A model generated the notes under the pieces. That model made no database searches. It was not told where the DNA came from and saw only the letters and a list, made by a program, of their open reading frames with translations. A stretch of 64,000 nucleotides of DNA from Vicugna vicugna (lineage: Eukaryota): NCBI GenBank assembly GCA_013265495.1, contig MU058289.1:1857451-1921450 (forward strand). Direction: 5' to 3'. Of this stretch, positions 36,147 through 50,415 are shown one piece after another; position 1 is the first letter of the stretch, and each line of letters begins with the position of its first letter. Made by a program: the position numbers and the translations under genes.

Positions 36147-39100
36147 CCAAGGAACAAACAGCAAAGCCCCCATCCACACCCACCCCACCCCGGCACTGGA
36201 TGAATGGGCCCAAATAAGAAGTGAAGCAAGTCTCCAAAAACTTTGACCTTCTGTGCCTTCCCTTAATTGCTGGCTGGGATCACAAATGGAAAAGGGCATG
36301 TGTGGTTACGTGTGGGTACCCCAAACTTCTTCAGGGACAGAACCTTCCCCCTTCTCAAGCCTTTGCATGCTTGCGGGGATGGGGGAGCCCAAGGAAGAAT
36401 GCTCCAGGCTCCTGTTTGAGAAACACAGACCCACTGAAAACCCGCTTGTCATCGGGCCACCCCTGTGGCCCCCAGCTCTCCTCTTCTCCCCACGCTCTTA
36501 GGTGCCTGCTAGAGCTTCTTTGTTTTGTGTTCAATGTGGATGAATATATACATATAAATTAATACTTAGAAGATGAGTATAAACCAAACTGTTTTAGGAA
36601 GCCACATGGCGATGTGATTAGTATTGGTATTCATGATTTAACATTTCTTTTCCCACTAGATGAAGTTTCTAAGATTTGCAAGGTACATGTCAAGGACGGG
36701 TGTATAAATGGATTTTTATTTATTCACAACTCCAAGACTAATTGCTTCTCTTTGCCTCAAGGCCACGAGATTGGTTTTAATATGACACTTCAAAAGTATT
36801 CATAGAACTACAGAGATACTAAGTGTCATTGTTTAAGAGACAAATCTCACTGTGGTACTGGTGACCCTGAAAATAGGCTGTTCCATTTCATTTTAAATTC
36901 CTCAATGTTTTTTTAAGAGTTTCACTTTATACCAACTATATTAAAAATGCACAATTTAATCGAAACAAGAACTGGCCATTTGGAAAGACCTTTCTTTCCT
37001 TAATATTGCTGGGAACTTTGTTTTCATATTCCTGAATCCTTTTATTAAAGAGCTGAACTTTATACGTGTCATTAAGAAGAGTAAGTTTGGATCATAATTT
37101 ATTCTCAAGTGTTTTAAAAGTTCCCGGCTAAATGTCAACCATCTTTTACATTGAGAGACTTGGACACAGACTGTGATAGGCATTTAATGATCTGTGGTAT
37201 CTAATGCAATGGGGAGGCTTTTTTTTTTTAATTGAAGATGTGTAATTAGGACTGAAAACATATTGAAACATCTTGTGAAATACATCTTGTTTCATGACTA
37301 TTGTCCAAAAGACGAATATGAATCTAATCAGAATAGAACTTGCTTTATCAGTAGATTTGACTAACACTTGAGCCATTATGGTTTGCATATTTTAAAAAGC
37401 AGGTTCAGATCTGAGTTTGCTTTGAGGCTGCCCTGCATGAGCTCACCTGAAGCGCGATGCAGGTCGGGCCCTGCATCCAGGTGCTGCAGACAAGACCTCA
37501 GTCTCCCGATGTTTCAAAGCGGCTTCCAGTGTGATTTTTGTACTTCGTTGTTGCTGTTTGCGGACTATATTTTAAGAAAAGTGAAATGAGCCCCAACATG
37601 AGGTCCCAGAGTCTGCTGAACTCGACCTTCTCAGGAAGTGTGTGACCTGGCACCAGATTAACAGGCCGAGACCCAGCTGCTGCCCTCGGAGGATGGGGTG
37701 TGTGTGGGGGTGGTGAAGAGCTGGGGTCTGGAGTGTTAAAGCAGGGCTGTCTCCTCTCCCACCCCCAGGCTCCCTGGGGTGAAAGCCAGACCCTCCTAGG
37801 TCTGTGCCCACCTCCAGGCTCAGACACGGCCCCTGACCAGGCTACGACGGAGCCAGCCTGGCCCAGAGATCACAGTCTGACGTCCACGTGGCCTCTGCCT
37901 CCTCACCAGGAATCCCACCAGTCTTCTCTCTGGGACCCCAGTGCACCTAGAGATTAAGGCAGTGGCTAAATGTGGGACTGTTAGTGCTGCCTCCCGCAGA
38001 CTGGGTCTCCTGACTGTCAGCCTGGTGACCTACTCCCTGGAGAGCAGAGGATTGAAGGAGGAGAGGTGTGGGCAGATGGCCCCTGCCTGTTCTTAAAGAC
38101 AGTAAAACAAGACCAACCAGCTCTCACTGAGCTCTGCCTAGTCCCCAGCAAGCTGCTCAGTGGGCACTTCTGGTTCCTGAAGGGAGAGGAAGCCAGGGAT
38201 GCCTCCAGGTGCTACTGACTCCCCCCCGCTCCCCCCCAATTCCTGCCTTCTGCCTGCAGCCCGGGTATATGCTGCTCAGAACCAAACCAACCTGCCCTCC
38301 CCTGGAGCAGCATCAGAGTGACAGCAATGACACAAGACTGAGATCTCCTGACCAGGAATCCTAACATGGTGGTGGCCTGTGGATGACCTCTGGGGGACCA
38401 GGACACCCCCCACCCCTCAGATTGCTCAATGCTCTGCATTTGAGCTTTCTTCCCAAGAGAAGTTTCAGCAGTTTTACCAGATTCTCAGAGTCCATGTGAA
38501 TTTGGGTGCAAATAACAAAACCTACCTCATAACAGCTTCATGATGAGGAAAGCGGGTTCTTTTACATAATGGGAGGCAAAGTGGCCCTGGAGCCCATTCA
38601 GTGACTCAGCAGAGTGTTCAGGGCCCAGGCTCTCTCTACTTGCCCCAGCCATCCTCTGCATGTTGGCCTGTCCTTACACCAAGTCCACTCTGGTCTCAAG
38701 ATAATGTAGCTCAAAGCTTCATAACTACTTGGACATGCAAGGAGAACAGGGAAGTGATCCAGTGACCTTCACAGCCCTCTTTGGCACATCCCATTGGCCA
38801 ACTTGCAAGCCACACCCTGGGAAAGCATGAACCAATCAGGTTTAGCCCTGGTCTGCAACAGGCTGGGGTGGCTGCCCTGAGCGGTGGGGAGGTAGGTGGA
38901 CCCTGGGCACAATCAGGATCTGCCTGGGGGAAGGAGGAGAGGGTGGGCTTTTTGTTGGGGGCCCCAAAGGTGAAGAGCTGTTGACTAGGACCCTGAGCTG
39001 GAAGGAAGGTAGAAGCTAAACAGGAAAGAGAGGCCCCAAACCCCTAAAAGGCACCTCCAGGAAGGTGGCAACAGAGATGCCCCTCCGGGGGCCTGGGAGA

Positions 39101-40396
39101 CACCTGACCTGGCAGAGTCTGGCTGCCCCCAGGCAACCAGGCCAGGCCACAGACCCCAGACCCTCTGCCCTCCTCACCTTTGGCTTCCTCTCAGTTCTCC
39201 TCTCGAGCTGCATCAGTTAAACCCCGAGGTCCTCCCAGCAGCCCCTCAAGGTGTGGGGATGAGGCTGTTCCCTGTCAAAGGCATCTGGGCTTCAGCTGGG
39301 CAAGCCACATGTGTTGCTGTCTCTGCACAACACACAGAAGAGAGTTCCATTAAGCTGAAGCTGTTGCAGTCGCTAGGGGCCCATGAGTCCCTCTCTAGGG
39401 TCTGGGTCTCTCAATCATTGTCAGGCAAGCCTGGGGAAAACAGCCTTAAACACCAAGTCCTGCCCCTAAATGACTGTGTGGCTGCCACTCTGGCTCCAAG
39501 TGACCATCTAAGTGGCCCTAAGGTCACAGGACAAGGGGCCCTGCAGATGCATTTGCACGGGTCTGAGGGGAAAAAAAAGAGCTGAGTTAGTGAGGCAAGC
39601 AGCCTTTGGTCAGTCAGAAACCCCACCCAGGGCTCCTTCCTTCGGCCAAAGCTCGGTACACTGACCCTCTTCCTTGTCACAGGCAGCTCATTCTCCTTGG
39701 GCTTCCGGTCGGGAGACAGTCTGTGCATGAACTTGGAAATCTGAGTACAATGGAGTGACCTTGGGCTTAATCTTGCAGACAGTGCCAGTATCCTCCTGTG
39801 TAACGTGAGAACAGTAATAGTACGGAGCTGGTGGCCTTGCTGGGAGAAATCAGTGTAAGAGCAGATGCAAAGAACTCAGCCCAGCCCAGTGGCAGTGCTC
39901 TTGAAAGGGTGATGGTTGCTTCCTCTTCCAACTGACCTTCTGAGCGCCTCTGGTGGGGCTGCAGTTACATCCCCAGTCTTACACCGGGACCCACCTGCAG
40001 GGGGTGCACAGGAGCTGGGGAAGTGAGTGAAGGGGAGGCCCTTTGACTCCCAGATTTGGGAGTTAAAACCTAGTGCTTGTGTAATTAACAGAAACACGTA
40101 TACATTGAAGGGGAGAATGTGAAAGTTGCTTAACATTTAAAGATAAAAAAGACTTGAGAGAAATTTTGTGCTTGCTTTGGGCCGTGTCCCTGGGGTGGGG
40201 CCAGAAAGTATCCTCAGGCTCCTCTGAGCTCAGGGCGCTTGGGGGCGGATGGAATCACGGGTTGGGACCCAGAAGGCAGAGAGGAGCCTTGGAGGGTAAC
40301 AAGTATCTGCTGATAAATTCTTTTCATTTTTCAAACTGTGAAACTCTTTGCTGTCTCTTTAAGAAGTATTTTAAAATTTTAATAAAGAATGTATGA

Positions 40397-40537
40397 GGGG
40401 GAGGAGGGTATAGCTCAGTGGTAGAGTGCATGCTTAGCATGCACGACGTCCTGGGTTCAATCCCTGGTACCTCCACTAAAAATAATAAATAAACCTAATT
40501 ACCTCTCCCCAACCAAAAAATAAATAAATAAATAAAA
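40397..40537 (+). mobile_element. tRNA-Ala-derived SINE (Vic-1-like, camelid)
   Basis: A box TAGCTCAGTGG, B box GGTTCAATCCC, (AAAT)n tail, TSD AAAGAATGTATGA / AAAGAATATGTGA. Confidence 0.9.
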
Positions 40538-40556
40538 GAATATGTGATCACTGTTT

Positions 40557-40560
<4 letters not shown>

Positions 40561-40609
<49 letters not shown>
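40561..40609. repeat. (CA)~24 microsatellite
   Basis: Perfect dinucleotide run just after the SINE. Confidence 0.95.
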
Positions 40610-40611
<2 letters not shown>

Positions 40612-41504
40612 TGAAGTGTACAAAGAGGAAGCAAAAATTGGTTTCTCCTTCCCAGAGAGAAATGATTCAGTGATTTGGCGTTTGTCCAGCCAGTCATCTT
40701 CCTATTCATGTACGCACATAGCCACACAATCGCATAGACTCACACAGATACACACATGTGCACACACGCCTGAATAGATATGCAAACATGCACACGGGCA
40801 CGTGGTTTTTAAACCGTGGCATCAAACTGTTCATAATAATCCGCAGTCTATCTTCCCTCCTCTATTGTGTATTTCAAAATACAAAAAATCATCTAACAGT
40901 TATCTACATATGCCCATCACCCAGACATAACAAATGTCAGAAGCTCAAATATTTGCTTCAGATCCCTCTTTAAACAGCAAATGAACTAATAAATCAGTTT
41001 AAACCCCTCCCTTCTTCCCACACCCTGTAATTGCTACCCAGAAGTTGTCACATTCCTGAGCACATTTTATACTTTTTGCAACACATGAATGTGTTCATCA
41101 ACAGAGATGACATTTCTGTATGTTTGAAACTTTTATATAAATGGTATCCAATGGTACCTCCTCTTGCATTTTGTTTTTGCCACTCGCTCTTCTCACATCA
41201 CTGGGAATGGTAGGTGCCCTCCCTTGTGGCTCGCTTCATCCACGCAGGGGGCCTCTGCCTCCTGCACTGCCCCCCCCCCCCCCCCGCCCCCCGCCAGCTC
41301 TTCTGTGTATTATATGCCAAGGGCTCCCAAAGGCCTCTCCTGGTGGAACTGGGTCTTTGATGCAAATGCTGAAAACAGTGGTTTCTGGCCACTGTGGTGT
41401 CAGCGGGAAGGAACAGCTCCACCTCCCGCCTCCCACCAACCCCTCCCATCTCCCACCTCCCACCAGGCTGCTTTGGGAAGAGATGTTTGTGTGGCTGCGG
41501 TCCA

Positions 41505-41695
41505 CTCCTCCCCTGCCCTTCTTCGTCCGTCCCCCTTCTTCCCCCTCCTTTCTTCCCGTCCTCCCTCTTTTCCCCTTCCTTTCCCTCCTCCTTCCTTCAT
41601 CTCCCCCCTCCTCCCTTTCCCATCCTCCTCCTCCCTTGCCTCCCCCCCTTCTCCTCCTCCTTCCTCCTCTCTCCCCTTCCATCTCCCTCCACCTC
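41505..41695. repeat. Polypyrimidine / (CCT)n-rich low-complexity tract
   Basis: ~190 bp of almost pure C/T. Confidence 0.9.
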
Positions 41696-43199
41696 TGGGC
41701 AATGCAAACCTCTAGCTGAAAAGCTGGAAGGTCACCCAAGGAAGTGCAAAAAGAAAAGGCATCTCGATATATTTCAAAACATTATCTCCCTGAGAATTCT
41801 TACAGTCCTGTTTTTACATTTAGGTCTCTTATACTTTTAGAATTAACTTTTGTTTGTGGTTTGAAATCAGGATCTAAAAATGAATTTGTCTTTCAAAACA
41901 GCTAGCCAGTCTTCCAGGTGAAGTAACTAGTATAAAAATCTATATGAAGATTTTGATCGGGCAAGGGAAGAATCAAGGTCTTCTTATTTTTGCTCTCTTA
42001 CAGAGGAATGTGGGAATACATGTAAGTTGTAAAAAATTAAGACATCTGTTATTTTAGTAATTGGAATTACTTACAAATTAGCCTCTCCCCCTCAACACAC
42101 ATACACACCCTGGTAACCTCATATTCCTTTTCCTAGGGAACCTCAGTTTGGTATATGTAATAGGTTAAATTATTGATACCAGTTTTTCCCTGTCCTGTAG
42201 TGGCTTTAGACATCTTTACCCTTGCCACTGCATCCTGCCTGGCAGAATGTCCTCCTCCACTCCCCGACACTGGGCTTCACCAAAGGGAAACCAGCAGATG
42301 TGGCAGGAGCGGAGGTCTGCCGTCTCCTCCTCTCGAGCTTCTGCCACTGCAATAGGGAGAAAGCGCCCCAGGCAGGTCTGCCCCTCCAAGCTGAGCTCCA
42401 GAATGAGACACGTGGGTTGAGGCTGCACGAGCAACCCTGAACACATACAGGAGAAATAAACGCTGATTGTCTATGCCACTGAAACTGTTTTGTGTGCTTG
42501 TCACACGGCAAAAGCTGACTGATACAAACTGTACCCGTGTGTGTGTGTTTGTGTGTGTGTATACCATCCCAATCCAATTTGGGTGGGAATGTATATATGG
42601 CAGATGTATAATGATCTATATCATTTATGTTTGATTTATGATCTAGGATTCATAATTATATTGTATATATATTTATTGTGTATTATGGATAATAAAGACA
42701 GTGTGTGCAATTTTATGTATGTGTACATTTATTTGTTTATTACCTACCTTGGTCCTCTCCTAACATTTGGAACAAGAGGATAAACAGAGAGCCTCATATC
42801 ATATGTCTAAATACTTAAAAGGTATAAATCAAGATCATAAGTGTTAAATCAAACAGATTATATGCTCCAACCTTGGCAAATACACCTTCATAATGACTTG
42901 AAAGGACGGGTTTCATTTGGAATTCTTGGATTCCTTTGCGTGATGTGCTAGAATGTGGTGGCATGGGGTCCAGGCCAACCCCCTTCTCTCACGACACCTG
43001 GCTCTATCCCCCACCATGTACCATAGCCACACCTTACCCTGCACACCCAGGCTGTCCGCACCACCCACAGATGGCAGACCTGGGGGTGCACACACTGGTG
43101 GATGCTGTTCACCCTCAAAGGACCTGAGAAAGAGGCCCCCTCAGGCCCAGGTAATAAGCTTAGGGCTGTTGAGGCAGGAAGTTCCGGGGCCCCAGGTAC

Positions 43200-44660
43200 A
43201 TCTGTACACATAGACCTCTTACCTGCTGATTGTCCCATCTTTCTCTTGCATAGTTACTCTCTCCCGAGCAATGGATCCTTTCCATTAGCCTTCGGGCACA
43301 TTCAGGTTATCTCTCACTCGAAAAAAGCAAACAAAACTATTAACCATTCAGCATCCTATTCCAGCCTCTTCCCTGACTCGCTCCACTGCTCCCAGCTGAC
43401 ATAATGGAAAGAAAGGTCTACACTGCCTGTCTCCTACTCACCTCCCAATCCCTCCACAATCAATTCCAGTCGTCTTCTGGCCTTTAATCCCTGAAGGCCA
43501 CCAAACAGCTCTTTCTCAGGTCACCAAAGACCCACATCACCTCATTCAAAGGGCATTTCTCAGTCCTCTTGCTACTCTGCCTCTCAATAGCTTTTGACTC
43601 AGCCAGCCACTCCTCTCCCTTCCTTGGGGTGGTGACTCTGTGCTCCCCAAGAGCTCCCAGCTCTCTTCCTCTGTGGGCTCCATGGCGACATGGTCCCTCC
43701 CTCTGTCCCTCCTCTGAAGTTAGGTGAGGCCCCCAAACATGAGTGAGGAGCCAGGGTGCCTGGTTTCGAGATGGAGCCTCTCCTCACCCAGTTCCCAAGT
43801 GACCGTGATGAGCAGAGTGCCTGCTGACCCAAGCTGCGCCCATAGAGTGAGGGAGAAACCAACTTTGGTCTTTGCGATTTGGGACCTATTTGTTCTTGCA
43901 GTACAACCGCCCCTGTCCTGACTGCTGCACCAGATGTCTGCAGAGCACAGCAGACATCTCCTCCTACTCAGCCCACTGCTTTTCAATTTTTTTTGCTGAC
44001 TCATCCCCTCTCCGCCCCAGTCTGGCCATTCCCAGGCCTCCTCTTCCTCTCCTCTCATACCTTCTCCCTCCATAATCTCACCCAGCTCTGCCGTGTCAAT
44101 GACTCACAGGTTTACACCTCCTCCCACCTGCAGGTCGTGCAGCCCACCTGATGCCTCCAGGGGATCAGAGGTTCCCAGACTACACATTCCCTGACTCAGG
44201 CTCATGATTTTGCCCCCTCCTCCAAGTCTGGCCTCCTCTCCGGGTCCCCGTCTCACCTTACCACTCAAATGTGCAAGGTAGGACCTGAGAGTCATCTGGG
44301 AAGTTCCTTCTCCTTGACCCTCTTCATCTCCTCTTCATTTCCCATTTCCCGTCCATCACCAGGGTCTGTCAGATTACTCCCCACACCCACCCTCGTTCCT
44401 CCATCACCACCTCTACCAGCCTGGTCCAGCCACAGTCTATCTCACCTCATCTGGAGGCCTGCCGGACAGTCCTTCTGGCCTCACTGCTGTCAATCTTGCC
44501 CTCACAATCTTTTACTCATGCCAGCCAGAGGGATCTTTTAGAAAGATCGTGTAACTGCTTAAACCTTGCCAAGGCTTCCGTGGCTCTAAGAGATGATACC
44601 ACCATCCTCTGTGGCGCATGCGGACTGGCCCACCTCTTCCCTAGCCCCACCTCCATCCTT
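43200..44660 (+). mobile_element. LINE-2 remnant
   Basis: Pyrimidine-rich, L2-like segments (AGGTCACCAAAGACC, CAGCCAGAGGGATCTTTT). Confidence 0.55.
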
Positions 44661-45462
44661 CCCCTCATCCTCTGTTGCAGGTTGGGCTCCCTGGGAAGCA
44701 GGCGCTGAGGTGGAGATTATTGCAGGAGGTTTACTACAAAGAGCTTTTGCATCTGCATCTGTGAGAGGGAGGCCAAGGAAGGAGCGGGCAGAGGGAGAAG
44801 TTGAGCCCTTATCAATCTCAACAGAGGTCTCTGCTGACCCCTCAAGGGGCAGAGTTGTCCTCCATCTGGGGCAAGCGTGCTGGGCTTCCGTGTCTGCGCT
44901 GCCATATTGGCCACTGGACATGTCTTTGGAGGTGGGGAGGCATCTCTCTTCACCTGAGGCATTCTCTGAAGGGAGCTGATGGCTAAAGGCTTTCTGCAGG
45001 CAACACTCCCAGCAGCTGTGGGAGTAAGTTCTTTCTCATTGAAGTGGGGTCTGGTGGTGCACGACAGTGTCCAACACAATCCAACCTTTGTGTTGACCAG
45101 GCTCCACTTTTTCATATACGTTCAGGGAGCCGCTCCTCCAGGATTCGGGCGTGCCTCCCTCTGGGGGAAGTTAGAAGAGGACGGTTGATAGGGTTAACTG
45201 CAGCGCGCACTGCTGCAGCTGGTGAGGCCACGACTGATCCTCATCTTCCCTTGCCTTCACTATTGATTCTGGACTCCCCTCCCCTCAGCGAATGACTGTC
45301 CTGGTCTCAGTGGCTTACCTGGTGGCATAGCCAGACCCTCATCCCGGAGGGGTCTGAGTTCCTGGCCAGCATGACCTTCTCATGCCAGAGATGCCGCGCC
45401 TGCCCATTTACTGTCAGAATTGCGCCGGGGAGTACCAGGAAGCAAATGCATTAAGCAGGCAC

Positions 45463-45856
45463 CAAATGGATCTCACTGGGTGAAAAATCCAGGTGTAGGC
45501 AGGGCTGCGTTCCTTCTGAAGGTCCTAGGGAAGAATCCGTCTCTCTGCCTTTTCCAGCTCCTAGAGCCTGGCTCACTCCTCGCCTCATGGCTCCTTCCCT
45601 CATCAAAGCCAGCAAAGGCTGGTTGAGTCTTCCTCACCCTGCACCCACCTCTCTGACACTCTCTTGTTTCCCTCTTTCACTTAGAAGGATGTTGTCCCCA
45701 CCCAGATAATTAAGGATAATCTCTCCATCTCAAGATCCTTAACTTAATCACACCTCCTAAGTCCCTTGTGCCAAGTAAAGAGAACCTATTCACAGGTTCT
45801 GGGAATTAGGACCTGGACATCTTGTGGGGAAGGAGCCATTATTCTGCTGACCTCAC
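45463..45856 (-). mobile_element. Partial MLT1B/C-like MaLR LTR nested in the ERV-L
   Basis: GGCAGGGCTGCGTTCCTTCTG...CCAGATAATTAAGGATAATCTC...TTCACAGGTTCTGGGAATTAGGAC pattern. Confidence 0.7.
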
Positions 45857-47047
45857 GGTAGACCCATGTCAACCTACTGCTTATTTAAAGCATGCAGTTT
45901 GCTCTGGAGAATGACACCCCCATCTTTGTGAAATAATATCTCTGAGCTGGCACTTGAGCTGTGCCAGTAACAGGCCCTCCGTTGCTTTATCAGACTGGCA
46001 GATTCAGGGTGACACAGCAAGTGATATGACCAGCGCACCTTATGGTCATGTGCCAGCCCTCACAGCTCGGTTGCTAACACGGCCTTTTGGGGGACCCTGT
46101 GTGGGTGTATCCAGCGCTCCGGAAGCCCTCAGACAGTGGTCTGGCTTAGGCCTTGCGGGCAGGAAAAGCAAATCTGTATCCAGAATATGTGTCTACCCCT
46201 AACAAAATGTCTCACTGCTCCTTTCAGGATGAAAGGGATCCACTGTGGTCAACTCGCCACTAGGCTGGTGTCCTCAAGGAGTGGCACTGTGTCTAGGACT
46301 TGGCTTTGGGCTCTGTTGCTGGAAGACTGAACATTCAGTAGCAGTAGCAGAGCAGCTTGATCAGCCTCGGTGGGTGAGATCCTACGCTGTTAGACGTCTT
46401 CCTAGCTCCACCCCTGCCACTTGTGTCAGCAGTGAACGGGTCAATGACAGAAGCTGGGTGATGTCACTTGGCCAAGTCATTCTGTTGACTCGCTTGTTTA
46501 GTGTTTCTTTCATGATGGATGCTCTCCATTGAGACAGAAAGCTTTTCACTTTGTGCCAAGTCCCGGCCACATGACTGCGCCAGATAGCCTTGTCCCACCA
46601 TCCAGTCATTCTCCTTCTGGTCCCCTGACTTCTGTTTCCACCAAAGCAGATGACAAGTGCTCTGCCCAAACCTCTACCTATTGGCAAGATTTCACTTTGC
46701 CGTCAACTCTCCAGGCCAACCCTGAGTGGGGCTGCAGTCCAGGAACCATCTGGTTTTCACTTGCTTCCACAAACCAAGCCAACACTTCTGTGAACAAAGC
46801 TGTCTTTCATCAGCTGGTCACACTCCTCCCCTTGGGGCCATAGGTGCAAATCAAGGGAGGGGCCTCAGTGCAACAGTGGTGGATAACAAGGTGGTCTAAG
46901 CGGCCTGCCAGCACACCTTGCTTGTGGCCTCTCATCCTGCTCACCCCTGGTCCTGGATGTACCACTTCTGTCTTACGATGGATGATGCTGGGTCCACTTG
47001 ACCTTCTGACCTGGTGGGTCTGACAGAACCCAACTCATGATGGGCAG

Positions 47048-47392
47048 TGCTACCGTCTGAGTGTTTCTGTCCCCCAAATTCTTCTATTGAAATATGATGG
47101 TATAAGGAGGTGGGGCCTCTGCCAGGTGCTTAAATCATAAGGGTGGGGCCCTGATGAATGAGATCAGTGCCTTCTAAAAGAGGGTCCATAGAGATTCCCC
47201 AGCCCCTTCTACTGTGTGAGGACACAGCAAGAAAATGCTGGCTGTGAACTAGAAAGAAGGTCTTCACCCAGTCATGCCAGTGCCATGATCTTGGACCTCC
47301 CAGCTTCTAGAACTGTGAGAAATAAATTTTTGCTGTTTATAAATTATCCAGTGTATGGTATTTTATTATAGCAGCCTGGACAGACCAAGACA
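47048..47392 (+). mobile_element. MLT1A-like MaLR solo LTR nested in ERV-L pol
   Basis: TG...CA ends with a perfect TSD GGCAG (47043-47047 and 47393-47397). Contains AGAACTGTGAGAAATAAATT. Confidence 0.85.
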
Positions 47393-50300
47393 GGCAGTTA
47401 TGGCTGAATTTTTACTTGGCGTCCCACGGTCAGGGTGAGGGCCCACAGCATGCCAGGAACTGCTTTCCAAAAGATTTATAATTTTCCCTATGGCATGGCC
47501 TTGTGGCAGACCCTTAAGAGTCTTCTTTGTAATTCTCTCTTGGGGGCTTGCCAAAAACTCTGCATGGTGTCTTCTACCGGTGCTGATAACTCCAATACCA
47601 TAGGGTCCTCTGGGGCAGATAGCCCGAGGCAGCTATATGAATTACACCTCTGGCACCATTGCCTAGACCTGCTGCAAAGTCCCTGCCATCTCTGGACTGA
47701 CTCAAAGCTGGCAGCTCTTCACATCCCCTGGTATGTGGTTTGTAGGTACTCAATCCTGAAGGGGGACTGTGCCTTCAGAACCCACGGAGGCCTCCCAAGC
47801 ATTGTGCCTCTTTCTTTGAGGTGGGAGGTGCAAGCAGCCATTATTTGTCCTTCACTGGCTACCCTGGCATGCTCCAGACCATGGCAGCTCCTAAAGGCTT
47901 TACTGGGATGACAGGCCCCCGAAACCTCACCGGGCTTACCCTCCCACCTTTTGGAGTGCATGGGTCTTAATCAGACTCACGGCGTACTCGCCACTTCCCG
48001 TTCATTCATTCTGAAGGGCACGAGGTTACTGATAAGGCAACCCAACATGATATTTTGCAGGATCCTCGGCCAATCCAGAACTTGGAGACCTGAGAGTGAA
48101 TGTATTTCTGGGGCAAGACTGTAAATGTATCCTGTTATCCATTCCAACTGAATGCAAGCTGGTTTTGATCCTCTTTTCTGATCGGGATGGAAAGTGATGC
48201 ATTTGCCAGATCAATGGCCAAGGACCATGCACAGAGGTCATGATCATTGCGCTAGCAAGACTACCACATTTGTCACAGCAGCTGCAGTCTTGACTATCAC
48301 TCGGCTGGGTTTGCACCGTCATCCTCCAGGATCTGTCTTGTTTTTGCAAAGGCCAAACTGGTTAATTCAATGGAGCTGTAATGAGGACCACGACCCTTAG
48401 ATCCTCGAGCTTTTAAAAGGTAGTGCCAATATCTGCTACCACCCTCCCCCTCCCCGAGCTGGGATGAGGTACTATTTTTTATTTACTAGCTTGGAAGGAT
48501 GCAGAGGAGAGTTTCAGGGACTTCCTCTTTGCCTGGCCCACTACAAAAGCTGCCACCCTACAGGCCAAGGAGTCAAAGTGGGAGTTGTTACAATTACTAA
48601 GTGTCTAATTACACTTCGGGGAGTAGGGAAAAGATGGTTGGGTAAATCCAGGGATCCAGTGGATCCACTGTAAGCCAGGCCTGGGCCAGCATTCCATCTG
48701 TTCCCTGACCTGTGTGCCCCTGCTCAAATGGAGGGCCGCTGTGATCCATCAGAGCTTAACGCATCTATACCGAGTTGGACCCCTTCCAATGCCCCAGATT
48801 TATTTAGCTTTTGCAGGAGGACTGGGGGTATGACTACTAGATAACACTTGCTTTGGTGTTGCAGGCTCATCCTGGGGGCTTGGTTTCTCCTTTAGTCGGT
48901 GGGTTCCTGGTCTGAAAACTGACTCACCTCCAGACACGGGGCAAAGAAATCATGACCATTACTATGGTCGGGAGGATCGCCATTAAGCTCTTGATTGTCC
49001 ATTCTTGATTTCTTTGATTGCACAGATTGAGTAGAACATTTGTTGGCCGCCCATCTATTTTGTGTCCCAGGGGACACCTTGTTCTCCAGGACTCGCTGCA
49101 GCCAGGCCACCTGGGGCCACTGCTACCTGGCCACTCATTATAATTGCATCTGCCTCTCTCTGGATGGGTAAACGTCACTGCTAGACCTCTGTTGTTTGGG
49201 GGTTCTCTTGCTCTTACTGCCGTTAGTGACCCTTGGACCATGAGAGCTGGCCCTACCAGTGGCCCGGGCCACAGACGCGAGCTGTCACCCACTGTCTCAG
49301 GGCTCTTCTCACTGGTGTGTCCCCGGCTGCTTGGGTAAGTGGTGTATCTGTCGGACCCTCCAGAGGAACGTAGTCCCCCTCCAATGTTCCCCGCCTCAGG
49401 GCTTTAGCACATTCACTCCAGCGCACTCACTTCGCAGAGTCCTTCAATTCCCTTTTCCACCATCTGACTCAAAAATTCTGGCACTTTTAAAGGTACAGGC
49501 CGTGACTTTTTCTGTGCTTCTAGGAGCCACCCTAGCAGCATTTTGGCACCATCGCCTGTGGTGCTTGCGAGGACACTGAACCTCGTATCCTAGGAAAGTG
49601 CCTGCGCATTGATAAGCTCTCCAAACATTCCAACCGTATGTGTCTCTCCTGCTCTCCTGCCCAGCTCTGGACGATGCATCTTCAAAATCCAGTCCCACCT
49701 GTGCTCTCCTGGCCCCTCCCGTACCTGTGGGCTACAGCTCCTTTCCTTGCTTATCAAGTCCCAGCACTGCCTTGGCCCAGTCACGGAGGGACTTGACCCC
49801 TAATTACAGGTCTCGTGGCCAGAAGGGAGATGGGGGCAGATCCTGGGGGGGGGGCTGCGTACTGTCTCGCAAAGCAGAGACCTCCTGCATTTCTTCAAGG
49901 AATAGAGGAGCATTCACCCTGAATAGGGAAGAATGGGCCACTTCTGCAGGCCCAGAGGGTTCAAGGCAATCCAGGGACTTCAGATTTGGGGTGCATCAGC
50001 TCAGGTGTCCCATCTGAAACCTCCAGGTGCCACTCCTTCCCAATCAGAGCATGGTCTTGACACGGAGCTACTTCGGTTGCATTTAACTTTCTTTGGAACT
50101 TGGCTGCTCTGAGATCCTCCGCTGCCAGGACTCAAGGACCTCCTTATGTGCCACCGCCGGCCCTCTGGTTTTCACGCTTAACTCTTAATCAAGCTCAGCC
50201 TTTGGTTAGCTTTTTTCAAAGTGTCAGTCAAGTTTAGCAATAATTCCGATTTCACTTTTCCCTGGTATTTCTCAGGTAGCTGAATAGCCCTCAGCATCGC

Positions 50301-50415
50301 ATTTCCTTCCACAGGTAAACTACCTCAACTCACCGAAGGTGACCGTTTTAATTGCACTGTCACCTTGTTGTAACCGGAGCTGCCTGTGTCCCACTGACCA
50401 CTGTGACCAGGCAGG

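Noticed and set aside
40404..40475. Functional tRNA-Ala gene
   Set aside because: Stem mismatches, a SINE body with A-rich tail, a TSD and two sister copies in the window show it is a SINE.
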